Positions 13,981 to 29,183 of a stretch of 64,000 nt of DNA are shown in pieces (within the stretch, counting starts at the first letter, position 1; every line of letters begins with the position of its first letter). The DNA comes from Octopus vulgaris (taxonomy: Eukaryota), in contig OX597824.1 in assembly GCA_951406725.2 (NCBI GenBank), positions 88,660,001 through 88,724,000 on the forward strand, read 5' to 3'. The notes below the pieces were generated by a model, which saw only the letters and a list, made by a program, of their open reading frames with translations, had not been told where the DNA came from and searched no databases. Made by a program: the position numbers and the translations under genes.

Positions 13981-14890
13981 TATATATATGTGCATGTGTT
14001 TCTGTGTTTGTACCCCACCAATGCTTGACAACCGGTAGAATAGGTACCAGGTTTTAAAACATAAAATAAGTCCTGGGGTCAATTTGTTCAACTAAAATAC
14101 TTCAAGGTGGTGTCCCAGCATGGCCACAGTCAAATGACTGAGACAAGTAAATGATAATAGATAAATCACATCATTGTGGACATCAAAGTTTTTATACCGG
14201 CTTTCCCCAAGCCCCACCACAAGGTCCAGTTCTTGTTGCAGCGTAGTGACTTGTATGCCCCACTGACCCTGAGAATTATGACAGCAGAGCACAATCTCTT
14301 GGTAAGACCTCCCATGCTGGACAGGTCAAAGGACTGAGGCCAAACTAATAGAGACCACTTCTTCCCAGAGGTAAAAATGGATTGGCAAAGGGCCAACACA
14401 TTGACTGAGAAAAAAAAAATCTGCAAAGCTAGAGAAGCATTAGTGACAAGTCAAAAACCACCAAAACCAAGGAAAGACCTTAAAATATCAGCCCAGATTT
14501 GAGAATGGTGGAGACAAAATGTCAACATCAAAATAAAAATCAAATAGAAATTGTAGTTAAGATACCCGTGCTGGTGACACGTAAACAGCACCGTCCGAAT
14601 GTGGCAGATGCCAGCACCGCCTGACTGGCGTCCGTGTCGGCGACACGTAAAAGCACCAACCGATCGTGGTTGTTTGCCAGCCTCCTCTGGCCCTTGTGCC
14701 GGTAGCACATAAAAAACACCCACTACACTCACGGAGTGGTTGGCGTTAGGAAGGGCATGTTTCCGAGCAAGGCAATATTTTCCCATGGCCAGACATGATT
14801 TTCATGGAAGACTGGAAATGATTAATACCATTTGAGTGATGCTGTTGCATCCATCACTGTATATCTAGACAAAGGTAAGCCCAGACACAC

Positions 14891-14939
<49 letters not shown>

Positions 14940-17900
14940 CATCATCATCATCGTTTAGCGTCCGCTTTCCATGCTAGCATGGGTTGGACGGTTCAACTGG
15001 GGTCTGGGAAGCCAGAAGGCTGCACCAGGCCCAGTCTGATATGGCAGTGTTTCTACGGCTGGATGTCCTTCCTAACGCCAACCACTCCATGAGTGTAGTG
15101 GGTGTTTTTTATGTGCCACCGGCACAAGTGCCAGACGAGGCTGGCAAACTGCCACGATCGGAGGGTGCTTTTTACGTGCCACCGGCACGGGGGCCAGGCA
15201 AGGCTGGCAACGGCCTCGAACGGATGGTGCTTTTTACTTGCCACCGACACGAGGCCAGTCGGGGCGGCACTGGCAATGGCCACGTTAAGAATATAAAATA
15301 CAGGGTTGTACATTTTCTTAGTTATCAACACAAACACACAAAATTAAAAAAAAAAGAGATAAAACCAAATTGACTCACTCCATTTTGGGTATCAACCGAC
15401 TGGATCGCTTCTGAAGAACTTGGTTCAAAAAGGTGAGAAACTTTGCATAAGTTTCAGAATCTGATATTGCATCTCTAATTTGCTTAGGGACGATTTTGAT
15501 AAAATATATTGAATCTTTATTCACAGTTACAGGTGAATTTGATGGCTAACAAAAAAAAAAAAAAAAAGTCTTAATTACTGAAAGCAATAATAATTAACAT
15601 GAGCAACAGATGATAGAAAGAAACAAAAAATGACATAGAAATCCTGTTTATAATCATCATCATCAAATCATTGTCCGGTGGTTCATCACAAACTTCACAC
15701 AGCTGCCATATGTCACACCAGTGGGACATTTTCATAATTTGAAAAAAATTTCGTTCTGCATCTTTGACATGGTTTTGAGAATATTTGAAATAACATGAGT
15801 GCTAAATATTAAAGTTTAATTATGAAATATTGTCAAATCATCATCATCGTTTAACGTTCACTTTCCATCTAGCATGGGTTGGACGGTTCGACCGGGGTCT
15901 GGGAAGCCAGGAGGCTGCACCAGGCATTGGTTGACTGAAGATACTTGTCCAAGGTGCCATACAGCGGGATTGAGCCCAAAACTACATAGTTGTAAAAGCC
16001 AGCTTTTTACCACAAAGCCATGGTCTGCATCTGGTATTTTTAATATAGACGTGATAAGAATTTGAGAAGATATTTCCTAATATTGGAAAGAAATGCAGCC
16101 TTTGTGATGTAATTATTGTTAAGTAAAATATGTGCAGAAGTCATTAAATGTCACCCAGGACTTTAATGTTTAACATTTTTAAAAGCCTGACATTAAAGTT
16201 TAGAATTTGCAAATGCTGGTGTGACGAGTTTAGCTGTTTTGGGAATGCTTCCTTGAAATGTGCAGTGTTTGGTGTTTGGTTGTACAAAATTAAATTTCTT
16301 GCTGGAAGTTTTAATTTCTTTATGGAAAAATACAAGCTGGGCAAAAGCTGTTGAAGCTGTATGTGTGTGTGGACTATGACAGCAAGATCATTCATTTAAT
16401 GAAGGAAAAGTGAGGGAGAAGTGACTGAGCCTTGAAGTACACCTGAATTCATAGAGAGTGTAAGACCGTAACCACACTAAAGCCCATGGGATTTTAAATT
16501 TTAAATGTAATTGTTTATCTCATGCTCTCTCTCTCTCTCACTAGGACTTTTAACCCTCAAATTTCTTTGCAACTAGACTAAATCATCATCATTTAATGTC
16601 TGCTTTCCATGGGTTGGACGATTTGACTGAGGTCTGGTGAACCAGATGGCTGCACCAGGCTCCAATCCGATCTGGCAGTTTCTACAGCTGGATGCCCTTC
16701 CTAACATCAACCATTCCGATAGTGTACTGGGTGCTTTTACATTTCACCAGCACGAGGGCCAGTCAGGCGGTACTATCAACGGCCATGCTCAAATGGTGCT
16801 TTTTATGTGCCATGGCACTGGAAATGACCTCGCTCAAATATTTTTCCATGTGCCACCAGCACAGGTGCCAGTAAAGCAATGCAAGTAACGATTACGCTTG
16901 AATGGGGCTTTTTACGTGCCACTGGCACGAAAGCCAGTTTGTTGCTCTGGCGACGATCATGCTTGGATGGTACTCTTAGCGCTCCACTAGCACAGATGCC
17001 AGTCATCGAATTTGATTTTGATTTCGAAAACACACATACTCTCTCTCTCCACACACACACACACACAAATGAAGGAATTCTAGTTTCAGAATTAAAGAAT
17101 AAATGATATGGTGGATACTTACAGTTTGGAACTTTCTGGGGACAGCAAAATGAGGAAACACATCAGAAACTTTTAACTGAAAACAAATTTTGCAGAAAAT
17201 CTTTAAAATTCATATCTCCATTTTAGAACAATATCATTTAAAATTTATTAAACTGTTATTGTCATTGTTTTAACATCAAGTTTTTTTTCCATGCTCACAG
17301 GGGTCAGATAGAATTTGTCAAGGCAGATTTTCTATAGCCAGATGATCTTCCTGTCTCACCCCTACCCTGCATCTGTTTCCAAATAAAGTAATATCATTTT
17401 TATGTTTTTATGGAAGAGTGGAAACAAAGGACACTGCTTGCATAACAGTGACACTTGTTTACAACTACCATGCAATGTCAAACAAGGTGACAATAACATA
17501 CACACATACACACAATGGGCTTGTTTCAGTTTCTTATTTCTTTACTACCCACAAGGGGGCTAAACACAGAGAGGACAAACAAGGACAGACAAATGGATTA
17601 AGTCGATTATATCAACCCCAGTGCGTAACTGGTACTTTATTTATCGACCCCGAAAAGATGAAAGACAAAGTCAACTTTGGCGGAATTTGAACTCAGAATA
17701 CAGCAGCAGACGAAATACCTATTTCTTTACTACCCATAAGGGGCTAAACATAGAGGGGACAAACAAGGACAGACAAATGGATTAAGTCGATTATATCAAC
17801 CCCAGTGCGTAACTGGTACTTTATTTATCGACCCCGAAAGGATGAAAGGCAAAGTCAACCTCGGCAGAATTTGAACTCAGAAAGTTAACGGCAGACGAAA

Positions 17901-20900
17901 TACCTATTTCTTTACTACCCACAAGGAGCTAAACACAGAGAGGACAAACAAGGACAGACAAACAGATTAAGTCGATTATATCGACCCCAGTGTGTAACTG
18001 GTACTTAATTTATCGACCCCAAAAGGATGAAAGGCAAAGTCAACCTCGGCAGAATTTGGATTGTCGACTACCATCCAAGAAATAAGAAACATTGCCAGAT
18101 CAGATTGGAGCCTGGTGCAACCCACTGGCTTGCCAGACCTCAGGCAAACTGTCTAACCCATGACAGCATGGAAAGCAGACGTTAAACAATGATGATGATG
18201 ATGATGATGACCAACATAACTCTTGATAGAAGTGTCACCATTTTTTAGTGAAGTGACAAGATTTGAACATGGAACACAGGGCTTGAATAGACACCACAAG
18301 GCATTCCATATCCAACTGTCTTACAAAAAGAAAGACGTATGCAGCTATATAATACTTAAGGTTAGTCTAGAAAGACACTTTTATGAAAGTGAAAAGCTTC
18401 ATTATTAAGTGTTAAGTGTAGCAACAATTACATTACAGTAATGCAAGAGCTGAATGTGCAACCCAAACACAAAACCGTAAATCACAAATTATGCCCTGAC
18501 AAAGCAAAACGGGTCAAACTATGGTGGTGGTCATATACTATGCAAAGCAGGCAGATATCCAGTATAAAGATCTCATAAAAGATATGCAAACACAAATAGA
18601 GCATGACAACAGAACAAAGAAAAAGAAAAACTAACAATACATAATAGGCGCAGGAGTGATTGTGTGGTAAGTAGCTTGCTTATGAACCACATGGTTCCAG
18701 GTTCAGTCCCACTGTGTGGCACCTTGGGCAAGTGTCTTCCACTATAGCCTCAGGCCGACCAAAGCCTTGTGAGTGGATTTGGTAGACGGAAACTGAAAGA
18801 AGCCCATCGTATATATGTGTATAGGTTTGGCCTCTCACACCTGTTGTTCTAAAAATAAATATTCACAACCTCAAAATCTCAAAGCTATGAGATAATGTAT
18901 GATTAATTCAAAGCAATACAACTACCATGAATCCTCGAGTATAGTCCGCCCTTGAGTATAATACACAGGGGATTTTTAGGGCTCTGTACCTCTGAAAAAC
19001 CTAAACCTTGTGTATAATACGCACCCCTTCTCTAACTTGGCTCAAGGAGGTCTATATAACGTCCTTGGTTTGTAAAAATGTATACAGTAACGTCCTTTAT
19101 TATTATTGAATATATAACATAATTCGTCAGTGCAAATTTTTTTCTTCATATTCGTTTACTACACATTATTATACACCTATTGCACTATTTAAAAACGAAT
19201 TTTTTTGACTGGGTCTGAAACTAGAGTTTGACCACTATTTCTTGTATACTTTACACTATTTTCAAATTTACAGATGAGAATGTTTAACAATGCTGCAACA
19301 TAATTCAAGGGGAAATAACTGCTATCAGAAGAGCTTGATACTGCAAAAGGACCCAACCCTCTCCAGGTTGATGAGGCTGATGAAGTTGATGCCATCGATA
19401 TTCAGTTGTCATTTGAGACTTAAAAGAAAAAAAAAAAAAAAACAGGACAGAGAGAGAATTATCAAGTTCCAAAGTTCCGATCACATATCGATGCTTCGTG
19501 GTTCTTTCTTTATTCTGAAATTTTTCTTATAAGTTATGTGGATCTACTCAGAAAAACAATTTTTTCAAATTTGTCGGCATTAGGGAGGGTATTAGCACAA
19601 GGGAGAGTCTTTGGGCACTTGCATAAGGAACGGTAAAAGAGCATCCAGCCGTAGAAGCCATGCCAAAGCAGACAGCGAAGCTTGGAGCAGCCCTCTGACT
19701 TGCCAACACTCCTGTTAAAACCACCTAACCCATGCCAACAAGGAAAACAAACATTAAATGATGATGGTGACGATGATGATGATAATGAGGAAGAAGATCA
19801 GGATGAGGAGGATGATGAGGAGAGTTCACGAAAAAAAATAAAAGACGAAGACAGGTGGTGTAGAAAACAAACAGATGTATTAGTATAACGCTCAGGAACA
19901 GAAAAAGTCTTTTACGTTTCGAGCCTACACTCTTCTACAGAAAGGGACACAGAAAAAAACGAGGAGAAAAACAAGGAGAGAAAAAAAATGTGTGTAGTGG
20001 CTACTGATCTATCATGGAGGATGATGATGAGGATGAGGAGGGGGAGGAGGAGGAAGTGGAGGTCAATGATGATGATGATAAACGATTGATGTATACTCGC
20101 TATTTTATATTCTTCCTATTTTAAAGACACAAACTGAAAGCAAACGAGTTAGTCGTTCCAGTTGCGAACAGTAGAGAAATCCATTTTGCTAAGTCCAGTA
20201 AAAACGAGGTGCAACAGAACCATAGGGTGGTGTAGTTTACAATGAGATGCAATACAGGATGACATAAGTGATGGAATGTTGGCCATGAAGTTTCACTTTA
20301 CTATGAGATAATCCCTACAGAGATAATAATCCCTGCATGAGATAATCCCTACAGAGATACAGTGTACAAGTGATGGTGCTGATGTCAGTGTGCATACTCG
20401 ACAGAGTGTAAGTACCTTGAGAGAAAAGTTGGACCTAAGAAGCATCAGATGTGGTGTGCAAGAGAGACGATTGCGCTGGTATGGCCACATGGCGAGAATG
20501 GATGAGGATAGCTGTGTGAAAAGTGCCACACCCTAACGGTTGAGGGAACCTGCGGAAGAAGTAGACCCAGGAAGACCTGGGATGAAATGGTGAAGCATGA
20601 CCTTCGAACATTAGGCCTCACCAAGGCAATGACTTGTAACTGAGACTTTTGGAAATATGCTGTGCTTGAGAGGACCCGGCAAGCGAAATGAGACCATAAT
20701 CTCATAGCCTATGCCAGGTGTGTAACCAGCCCACTTATGCGTACCTTTCCTTCATTGGACACTAAACTCTGCTTGCAAAGACTTGTTGAGGCAAGTGAAA
20801 TCGAAATCAAATTTGATGACTGGCATCCGTGCTAGTGGAGCACCAAGAGCACCATCCAAGCTTATGCAGTGCCCAGTAAGATTAGAAGGTCCATGCCACT

Positions 20901-22402
20901 GAAAGAAAGCAAACAAGATGGTCATGGCTGTATCCCTTTTTCAGTCATAGGTCTTCTCAGTCATGGCTTATCCAGGGGCTCAACAACAACAACAATAACC
21001 AAACAAAAACAAACAATTTAAATGACAAATCATGAATATGAACAATATCTTACCTCCATCAGCAATTCAATGTCAAAAAATAAATTTAAAACAGAACTTG
21101 TTTTTCTGTAGAAAAGGTAATTTGTATTGGGAAACTTCATATTCAGCGTCTGAAAGGAAAACAAGGGGAAAGAAAATGCATTACTATTTTACTTGTTTCA
21201 GTCATTTGACTGTGGCCATGCTGGAGCATCGCCTTTAGTCGAGCAAATCGACCCCAGGACTTATTCTAGTGGTCTCTTTTTGCCGAACCACTAAGTTATG
21301 GGGACGTAAACACACCAACATCAGTTGTCAAGCGATGTTGCGGGGACAAGCACAGACACACAAACATATACACACACATATATAAATATACACATATAAA
21401 AGAGTAAAAGAGTATACAATGGGCTTCTTTCAGTTTCCGTCTACCAAATCCACTCACAAGGCTTTGGTTGGCCCGAGGCTATAGTAGAAGATACTTGCCC
21501 AAGGTGCTATGCAGTGGGACTGAACCCAGAACCATGTGGTTCATAAGCAAGCTACTTACCACACAGCCACTCCTACACCCACATTGAAAAGAAATTAAAG
21601 AATACTTAATCCTTTTGTTACCAATCCACCTGTGACCACCCTGGGTTCTCTCATATAAACACCTTGTTTAAAGTGATCTCAATTAAAACCTTCCATCAAT
21701 ACTTCATATTTTACGTTCCAAACTTAATAATGATAAAATCATTTTACTAAATTCTTCAGTATTTTAAAAACTATATGAAAAGATGGTAATGTGTTTCAAT
21801 AAAAATTTGGTAAAACAATTAAACCATAACAAAACACTAATCAATAATAAATCTCTGAACGAGGTATAGACAGTAACTGCACGACAATGTGAAGTATATT
21901 TGCCACTTAAATGTGGCTAACCACTAAGGGTGGATGCTACTGTAGCCCCAGGAGAACATCTTCTCCAGCTGGCTATTGACACACTTTCTGTGCTCTATCA
22001 GTATTTGCAAAGGGAAGCCATCCTTCCCATCGTCGACCTGACGTGATACCCAGAAACCCGGGTCCATGGATCTGACGGACTCAGCAGATAAACCAGGGAA
22101 GGGTAGCTAAAGGGACGTAACTCTTGGTTGGTTAGAACTTGGCTCTGGATCTGACGAACTCAGCAGATAAAATCACCAGATTGAAATCACCAAAGATGAG
22201 AGGTTTATCACGAATGGAGACACCTCTCAAGTGGCTATGCAGCTCAGAATAGAACTGCTCTTTGACCACTTCATGGTTGGAGCAGAGCAACTGAAAATAG
22301 TTGAATATCTATTTTTACCAATGCAGATGCGCAATGACATGAGTCTTTCACTAATGCCAATCTGTGGCCCTGGCAACGATCATGCTCGGAAGTGCTTTTA
22401 AC

Positions 22403-22435
<33 letters not shown>

Positions 22436-22727
22436 TATACACATATATGACAGGCTTCTTTCAGTTTCCGTCTACCAAATCCACTCAGAAGGCTTTGGTC
22501 GGCCCAAGGCTATAGTAGAAGACAGTTGCCCGAGGTGCTATGCAGTGAGACTGAACCCAGAACCATGTGGTTCATAAGCAAGCTACTTACCACACAGCCA
22601 CTCCTAAGCCCACAATGAAAAATAATTAAAGAATACAACCCACCTGTGACCACCCTGGTTTCTCTCACAAGTGGCAATCAGGTGGTACTGTCATCAGCCA
22701 CGTCAGCGATTTTGATTTGTTTTCACT

Positions 22728-22762
<35 letters not shown>

Positions 22763-23447
22763 GTAAGTTTATGTAAAAAACAAATGAAGACAGGTGGTGT
22801 ACAAAACAAACAGATGTACAGAAAGGGACACAGAAAAAACAAGGAGAGAAAAAATGCGTGTGTAGTGGCTAACGATCTATCATGGCGTCTGATATGTATA
22901 TATATATATATACAGTGGTGGACTGGCCAGGATGCCAGCTTGCCTGATGGCAAGTGGGTCCCCTACACCATTAGAATCCATATATGGGAGCCCATGTTAG
23001 TATCTAAGGGGCCCATCCCCTCAAGTGTGAGAATTTTTTTATTCACTCCTGGAAGAATGCATTAATTATTTCAGTTTGGCTGTATTTGTAGACAGTTGAA
23101 AAGAATACTTTTAACAAAAAAAGAAATTAAATGATAGCATTGTAGTCGCGGGTGGGCCCCCTTGTAGTTGCAGGTGGGCCCCTCTTAGTCTCCTGGCAAC
23201 CAAAATTTCAAGATCCAGTCCACTATATATACACTCACTGTGTTTAATGGCATAAAAGATGCAAAGGGCATATTAGATGTGCCCCAATTTCAGCAGCACA
23301 TATTCAGGAAAAGAAAGTTTTACTATATTAAAACATAGGTCCAACTTTAAATATAGGTCCCAGGGTGATTTTTTTCTCTTAAAACGTTTTCAAGAAAAAA
23401 AAGGTGTGTCTTATATGCCATATAATACAATAATCTTTAAAATGTAG

Positions 23448-23486
<39 letters not shown>

Positions 23487-26400
23487 TACAGTGCTCAGGT
23501 GCACCACAACTTGTCAAAAGTGCGTATAAAGCATATGCAGTAATGTACAAATGTCTGGGAAGTGAACAGTGTATGAGTCAGATACATGCTTGTGTGTGTA
23601 TGGAGGGGAGAAAATCAGGTGTAGTGTTGGCAAATCTCAGAAAGCATGGAAGTTTTGAAGGATGCAGTGCTCCGACAACTAACAACTGAGGCCGGCAGTT
23701 TGTTCCATGCTTCAGCAACTCTCAGCGTGAAAAAATGCTTCCTGACTTTGTAAATATGTCCACGGGTGTTAGACAGGTGGAGTTTGAAAAGGTGCTCAGA
23801 GTTATCGTTTGTACGATGGTTGATAATTAACTCTATATTGTTGGGGAAATAATGGATACCCATCCATAGCTAAGAGGCAGTAGTTCAACAATGATACAGT
23901 TTACTGAAGTGAATCATCAGAAAAGAGCTACAAGACCCGAAGACAAAGGAAGTTACTCTGTCAGAAAAAATTTAAACATGACAAATTTAAACATAGATAA
24001 AAACTGAAAACATTAAAAGGATGACACTGATTAGAACTCACTTACTTTGTAATTACGGGCAGGGACCAAAAGAAATAGTTCCGGGCGTCCCAAACTATAG
24101 ATACTTTCTTTCGTACCAAGACAGTTAATCATTAAACTTATGAAATATCTTGCTTTGCTGGGTGTCAAGATTCCAAATATACTGGCATAAGGTTCTAAAA
24201 GGAGAGAAAAAGAAAAAACATTCAATTACTTTCCTGCTGTTTATTTTTTCAGATTTTTAGATTTACTTCAACAATGACAATAAGAATAAGAATAAGGGTG
24301 ACAGTGATGAAGACAATGATGACAGTAGGATAGGCGCAGGAGTGGCTGTGTGGTAAGTAGCTTGCTAACCAACCACATGGTTCCGGGTTCAGTCCCACTG
24401 CGTGGCACCTTGGGCATGTGTCTTCTGCTATAGCCCCGGGCCGACCAAGCCTTGTGAGTGGATTTGGGAAATGGAAACTGAAAGAAGCCCATCATATAGG
24501 CGCAGGAGTGGCTGTGTGGTAAGTAGCTTGCTAACCAACCACATGGTTCCGGGTTCAGTCCCACAGCGTGGCACCTTGGGCATGTGTCTTCTGCTATAGC
24601 CCCGGGCTGACCAATGCCTTGTGAGTGGATTTGGTAGACGGAAACTGAAAGAAGCCTGTCGTATATATGTATATATATATATTTATGCGTGTGTCTGTCT
24701 GTGTGTCTGTGTTTGTCCCCCTAGCATTGCTTGACAACCGATGCTGGTGTGTTTACGTCCCCGTCACTTAGCGGTTCGGCAAAAGAGACCAATAGAATAA
24801 GTACTGGGCTTACAAAGAATAAGTCCCCGGGGTCGATTTGCTTGACTAAAGGCGGTGCTCCAGCATGGCCGCAGTCAAATGACTGAAAAGAGTAAAAGAG
24901 AGAAAAAGAGAGTAACACAATAAATTAATCCTCCTCCTCCTCCTCGTTATTATAATTACTGAAGGCAGTGAAGTAGCAACATCATTAACCCTTTAGCATT
25001 CAGATTACTCTCTCAAATGTAATGCTTATTTATTCACATGACTTTGAACTAATCATGCATACCGTAAATCCTCGAGTATAGTCTACCCCTTGAGTATAAT
25101 ATGCAGGGGATTTTTAGGGGATTGTACTTCTGAAAACCTAAACCTTGTGTATGATACGCACCCCTTCTCTAACTTGAGTCGTGCGTAATTAAGCCAGCAG
25201 CACCTAGACAAACAAACATTTACGCGCATGCGTAATACAATAATGGTGATGTTCTTAACTGTTATATGGGAATGTAAATATGTTTGCAAATTGTTTTTGT
25301 TACATGTTATTCTGTGTTCTGAATACTTGTATTTTAATAAATATTGCTTACAGCAAGTTATGGATGATTCTTTTATGACTTCATTGCTTTCAGGCTTAGC
25401 TTAAGGTATTTTCGCACCTGACATCACAAAATGCATCTGAATAAATATTGCTGGACAGCAAATAGAGCCTCGGACATTGCTTAGAAAATAATTTTCGTTT
25501 TTAACCTCATATATAGTACGCACTAGGGATTTTGACCATTAAATTTTGGGAAAAAAATGCAGATTATACTCGAGGATTTACGGTAATCTTTTTGCGTAGA
25601 GATTTCAATGATATGCTTGTTTACTTTTAGAATTACATTGTAAGGTGGGTATGAGAGGCTGAATATGGCCAGTTTAAACATAAAACAGGTAGAACATTTG
25701 GGCTAGATATGGTCAGTTTAAATGCTAAAGTGTTAAAACATTAGAATAAATGGATCTTTTTATTTTAGCTGCACTTGTGGAAATTTTAAAGTTTAGGGAA
25801 AATTTTCATGTTTGGTGTATTGATGTAATTTTCCATGCTGAATCTCTTTTTCCAGAAAAAGTATTCAATTGGTACTTAATATTATTGACCCTGAAAGATG
25901 AAAAACAAAACTGACTTTGGCAGAATTTGAACTCTGAATGTGTAGACAGACGAAATGCCAGTAAGCATTTTATAAAGCAATGCATATTCTTTTCTACTCT
26001 AGACACAAGGTCCGAAATTTGGCGGGAGGGGGCCAGTCGATTACATCAACACCAGTATGCAACTGGTACTTAATTTATTGACCCAGAAAGGATAAAATGC
26101 AAAGTTGACCTCAACAAAATTTGAACTCAGAGCACAAAGACAGATGAAATACCTATTTCTTTATTACCCACAAGGGGCTAAACACAGAGGGGACAAACAA
26201 GGACAGACAAAGGGATTAAGTCAATTATATCCACCCCAGTGCGTAACTGGTACTTATTTAATCAACCCCGAATTGATGAAAGGCAAAGTCGACCTCGGCG
26301 GAATTTGAACTCAGAACGTTGCAGCAGATGAAATACCGCTAAGCATTTCACCTGGCGTGCTAACGTTTCTGCCAGCTGACCACCTTCAATACCTATTTCT

Positions 26401-29151
26401 TTACTACCCACAAGGGACCAAACACAGAGAGGACAAACGGATTAAGTCGATTATATCGACCCCAGTGCGTAACTGTTACTTAATTTATCGACCCTGAAAG
26501 GATGAAAGGCAAAGTCGACCTCGGCGGAATTTGAACTCAGAACATAGTGACAGACGAACTGGCATGCTAACGTTTCTGCCAGCTCTCGCCACCTTACAAA
26601 GCAATACATATTAAAGGAAATAACATTACCTTCACACCAAGATTTTTGCCTTATTTCTTTAAAACTCTCTTTTTCCTTAGTATGTAAATTCGACATCCTC
26701 TTGGAATCAAATAGAACATTTATGTAAGGATCCCAGAGGTGGAAACTGAATTTGCTTCTGAATAAACGTTTGGTATTCTAAAATAAAGAACAGAATTCAA
26801 ATGTATGTCGGATGATTTATACATTAATAGGTAGAAGTAAGTTTTTAACCCTTTTGTTACCATATTTCTGTTGAGATGCTCTGCGTTTCTTTCAATTAAT
26901 TATAAATATAACAAAGAATTTAGTAAAATATCTTAGTTATCATTCAGCTAGCGTTAGGAACATAAATTGTGACTAAGGTTTGGTGGAAGATTTTAATTCA
27001 GAACTTTTGAAAACAAGACATTTGTACTACAGAGCCAGAGGCAGTTTCAGGCAGGTTGGTATCAAAAGGGTTAAATTAATCATTTGCTAATTTTTTTGTT
27101 ACCATATTTTTGTTGGGATTTTCTGTGTTTCTTTCAATTAATTTTAAATATAACAAAGAATTCAGTAAAATAACTGAGTTATCATTAAGCTAGAGTTAGG
27201 AACATTAATTGTGACTAAGGTTTGGTGGAAGATTTTAATTGAGAACTTTTGAAAACAAGACATTTGTACTACAGAGCCAGAGTCAGTTTCAGACAAGTTG
27301 GTATCAAAAGGGTTAAATTAATCATTTGCTAATTCTTTTGTTACCATATTTTTGTTGGGATGTTCTGTGTTTCTTTCAATTAATTCTAAATATAACAAAG
27401 AATTTAGTAAAATAACTTAGTTATCATTCAGCTAGTGTTAGGAACATTAATTGTGACTAAGGTTTGGTGGAAGATTTAATTGAGAACTTTTGAAAACAAG
27501 ACATTTGTACTACAGAGCCAGAGCTGGTTTCAGCTGGGTTGGTCACGAAAGGGTTAACAGGAAAAATATTAATGAGAATCAGATTATTATGATCATCATT
27601 TGTGATTCCTGTGATTTTTTTTTTCTTTTTGGATATTTTGAAAAATATTGTTCATGTCTTTCCTGTTTGAAGAGACATCAGTGCTATTTGGTTACTTTTT
27701 CTAGCAAGTTTAAACAGACTTGTAGAGACTCCTTTGTTGTGATATCATATTTTTCTCAAAAGTCTCAGTAATAGAAATAAAATGGTTTCCATCTGGGTAC
27801 TGAAAGCAGATCAAATGTAATATGCAGCAATAACTACAAAAATGATAAGGGTATAACTCACTTGTAAATATGGTTGGAAATCTAATTTTGCTTCAATTCC
27901 TATCACAGATTTGGCACCATTTTTAATCAACTTCTTTGTAAGCAAACACGGCCCTAAAGGAAAGGTTATATATAATATAGTATTAGAATATAGTATATAT
28001 AATATAGTATTAGAATGAAATTGATATCCATACAACAACAAAAACAAAAGATGAGTACTCTTTTCTTTTATTCTTTTATTTGTTTCAGTCATTTGACTGC
28101 GGCCATGCTGGAGCACTGCCTTTAGTCGAGCAAATCGCCCCCAGGACTTATTCTTTGTAAGCCTAGTACTTATTCTATCGGTCTCTTTTGCCGAACTGCT
28201 AAGTTACGGGGACGTAAACACACCAGCATTGGTTGTCAAGCAATGTTGGGGGGACACACAAACATACATATATAGGACGGGCTTCTTTCAGTTTCTGTCT
28301 ACCAAATCCACTCACAAGGTTTTGGTCGGCCCGAGTCTATAGTAGAAGACACTTGCCCATGGTGCCACGCAGTGGGACTGAACCCGGAACCATGTGGTTG
28401 GTAAACAAGCTGCTTACCACACAGCCACTCCTCTTATATTAACGCTTCATTCATACACTTAACCCTATCAGGCCTGGGCCCCTGTGTCTAACTATACTCC
28501 CCACCTGAGCTCCTGTGCAAAAGAATAAATAGTTGCATATAAACTCTTTAACAATAAACTACTTACCAGGATTATATTCAATAATAGGGGTATCTTTGGC
28601 CTTGCGTGTTTCCATAATTTTCGAAGCAATTTTATCTGAAAGTATCAATAATATTCCAAATAACAAAAACAGAAAAAAAACCCCATTTCTTTTGAAATAT
28701 CTTTTTTGATTTTCATATTACCAAGATTTGTAGTTGTTGTTGTTGTTTTTGCATAATGTGATAGCAAAATAAGGGTTGGATTTAAATCGATAACATGTTG
28801 AATGTAAACATAATTTCAAGCCTTATCAAACGATGATGGGGGTGTGTGACAAACACACAAACATATACATATATATATATGTGTGTCTCTGTATATAAAT
28901 ATATATATATTTCTTTATTGCCCACAAAGGGCTAAACATAGAGGGAACAAGCAAGGACAGACAAAGGGATTAAGTCGATTACATCGACCCCAGTGCGTAG
29001 CTGGTACTTAATTTATCGACCCCGAAAGGATGAAAAGCAAAGTCGACCTCGGCGGAATTTGAACTCAGAACGTAACGGCAGACGAAATACGGTTACGCAT
29101 TTCGCCCGGCGTGCTAACGTTTCTGCCAGCTCGCCGCCTTATACATATATA

Positions 29152-29183
<32 letters not shown>

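Noticed and set aside
27710-27799. Possible extra TFB2M exon after ttcAG in intron 3
   Set aside because: In-frame TAA after 29 codons; exon 3 splices cleanly to 26777 with better homology.
28435-28540. Intronic snoRNA pair (two similar copies in adjacent introns)
   Set aside because: No convincing C/D or H/ACA boxes on the sense strand; better explained as a SINE-anchored duplication.
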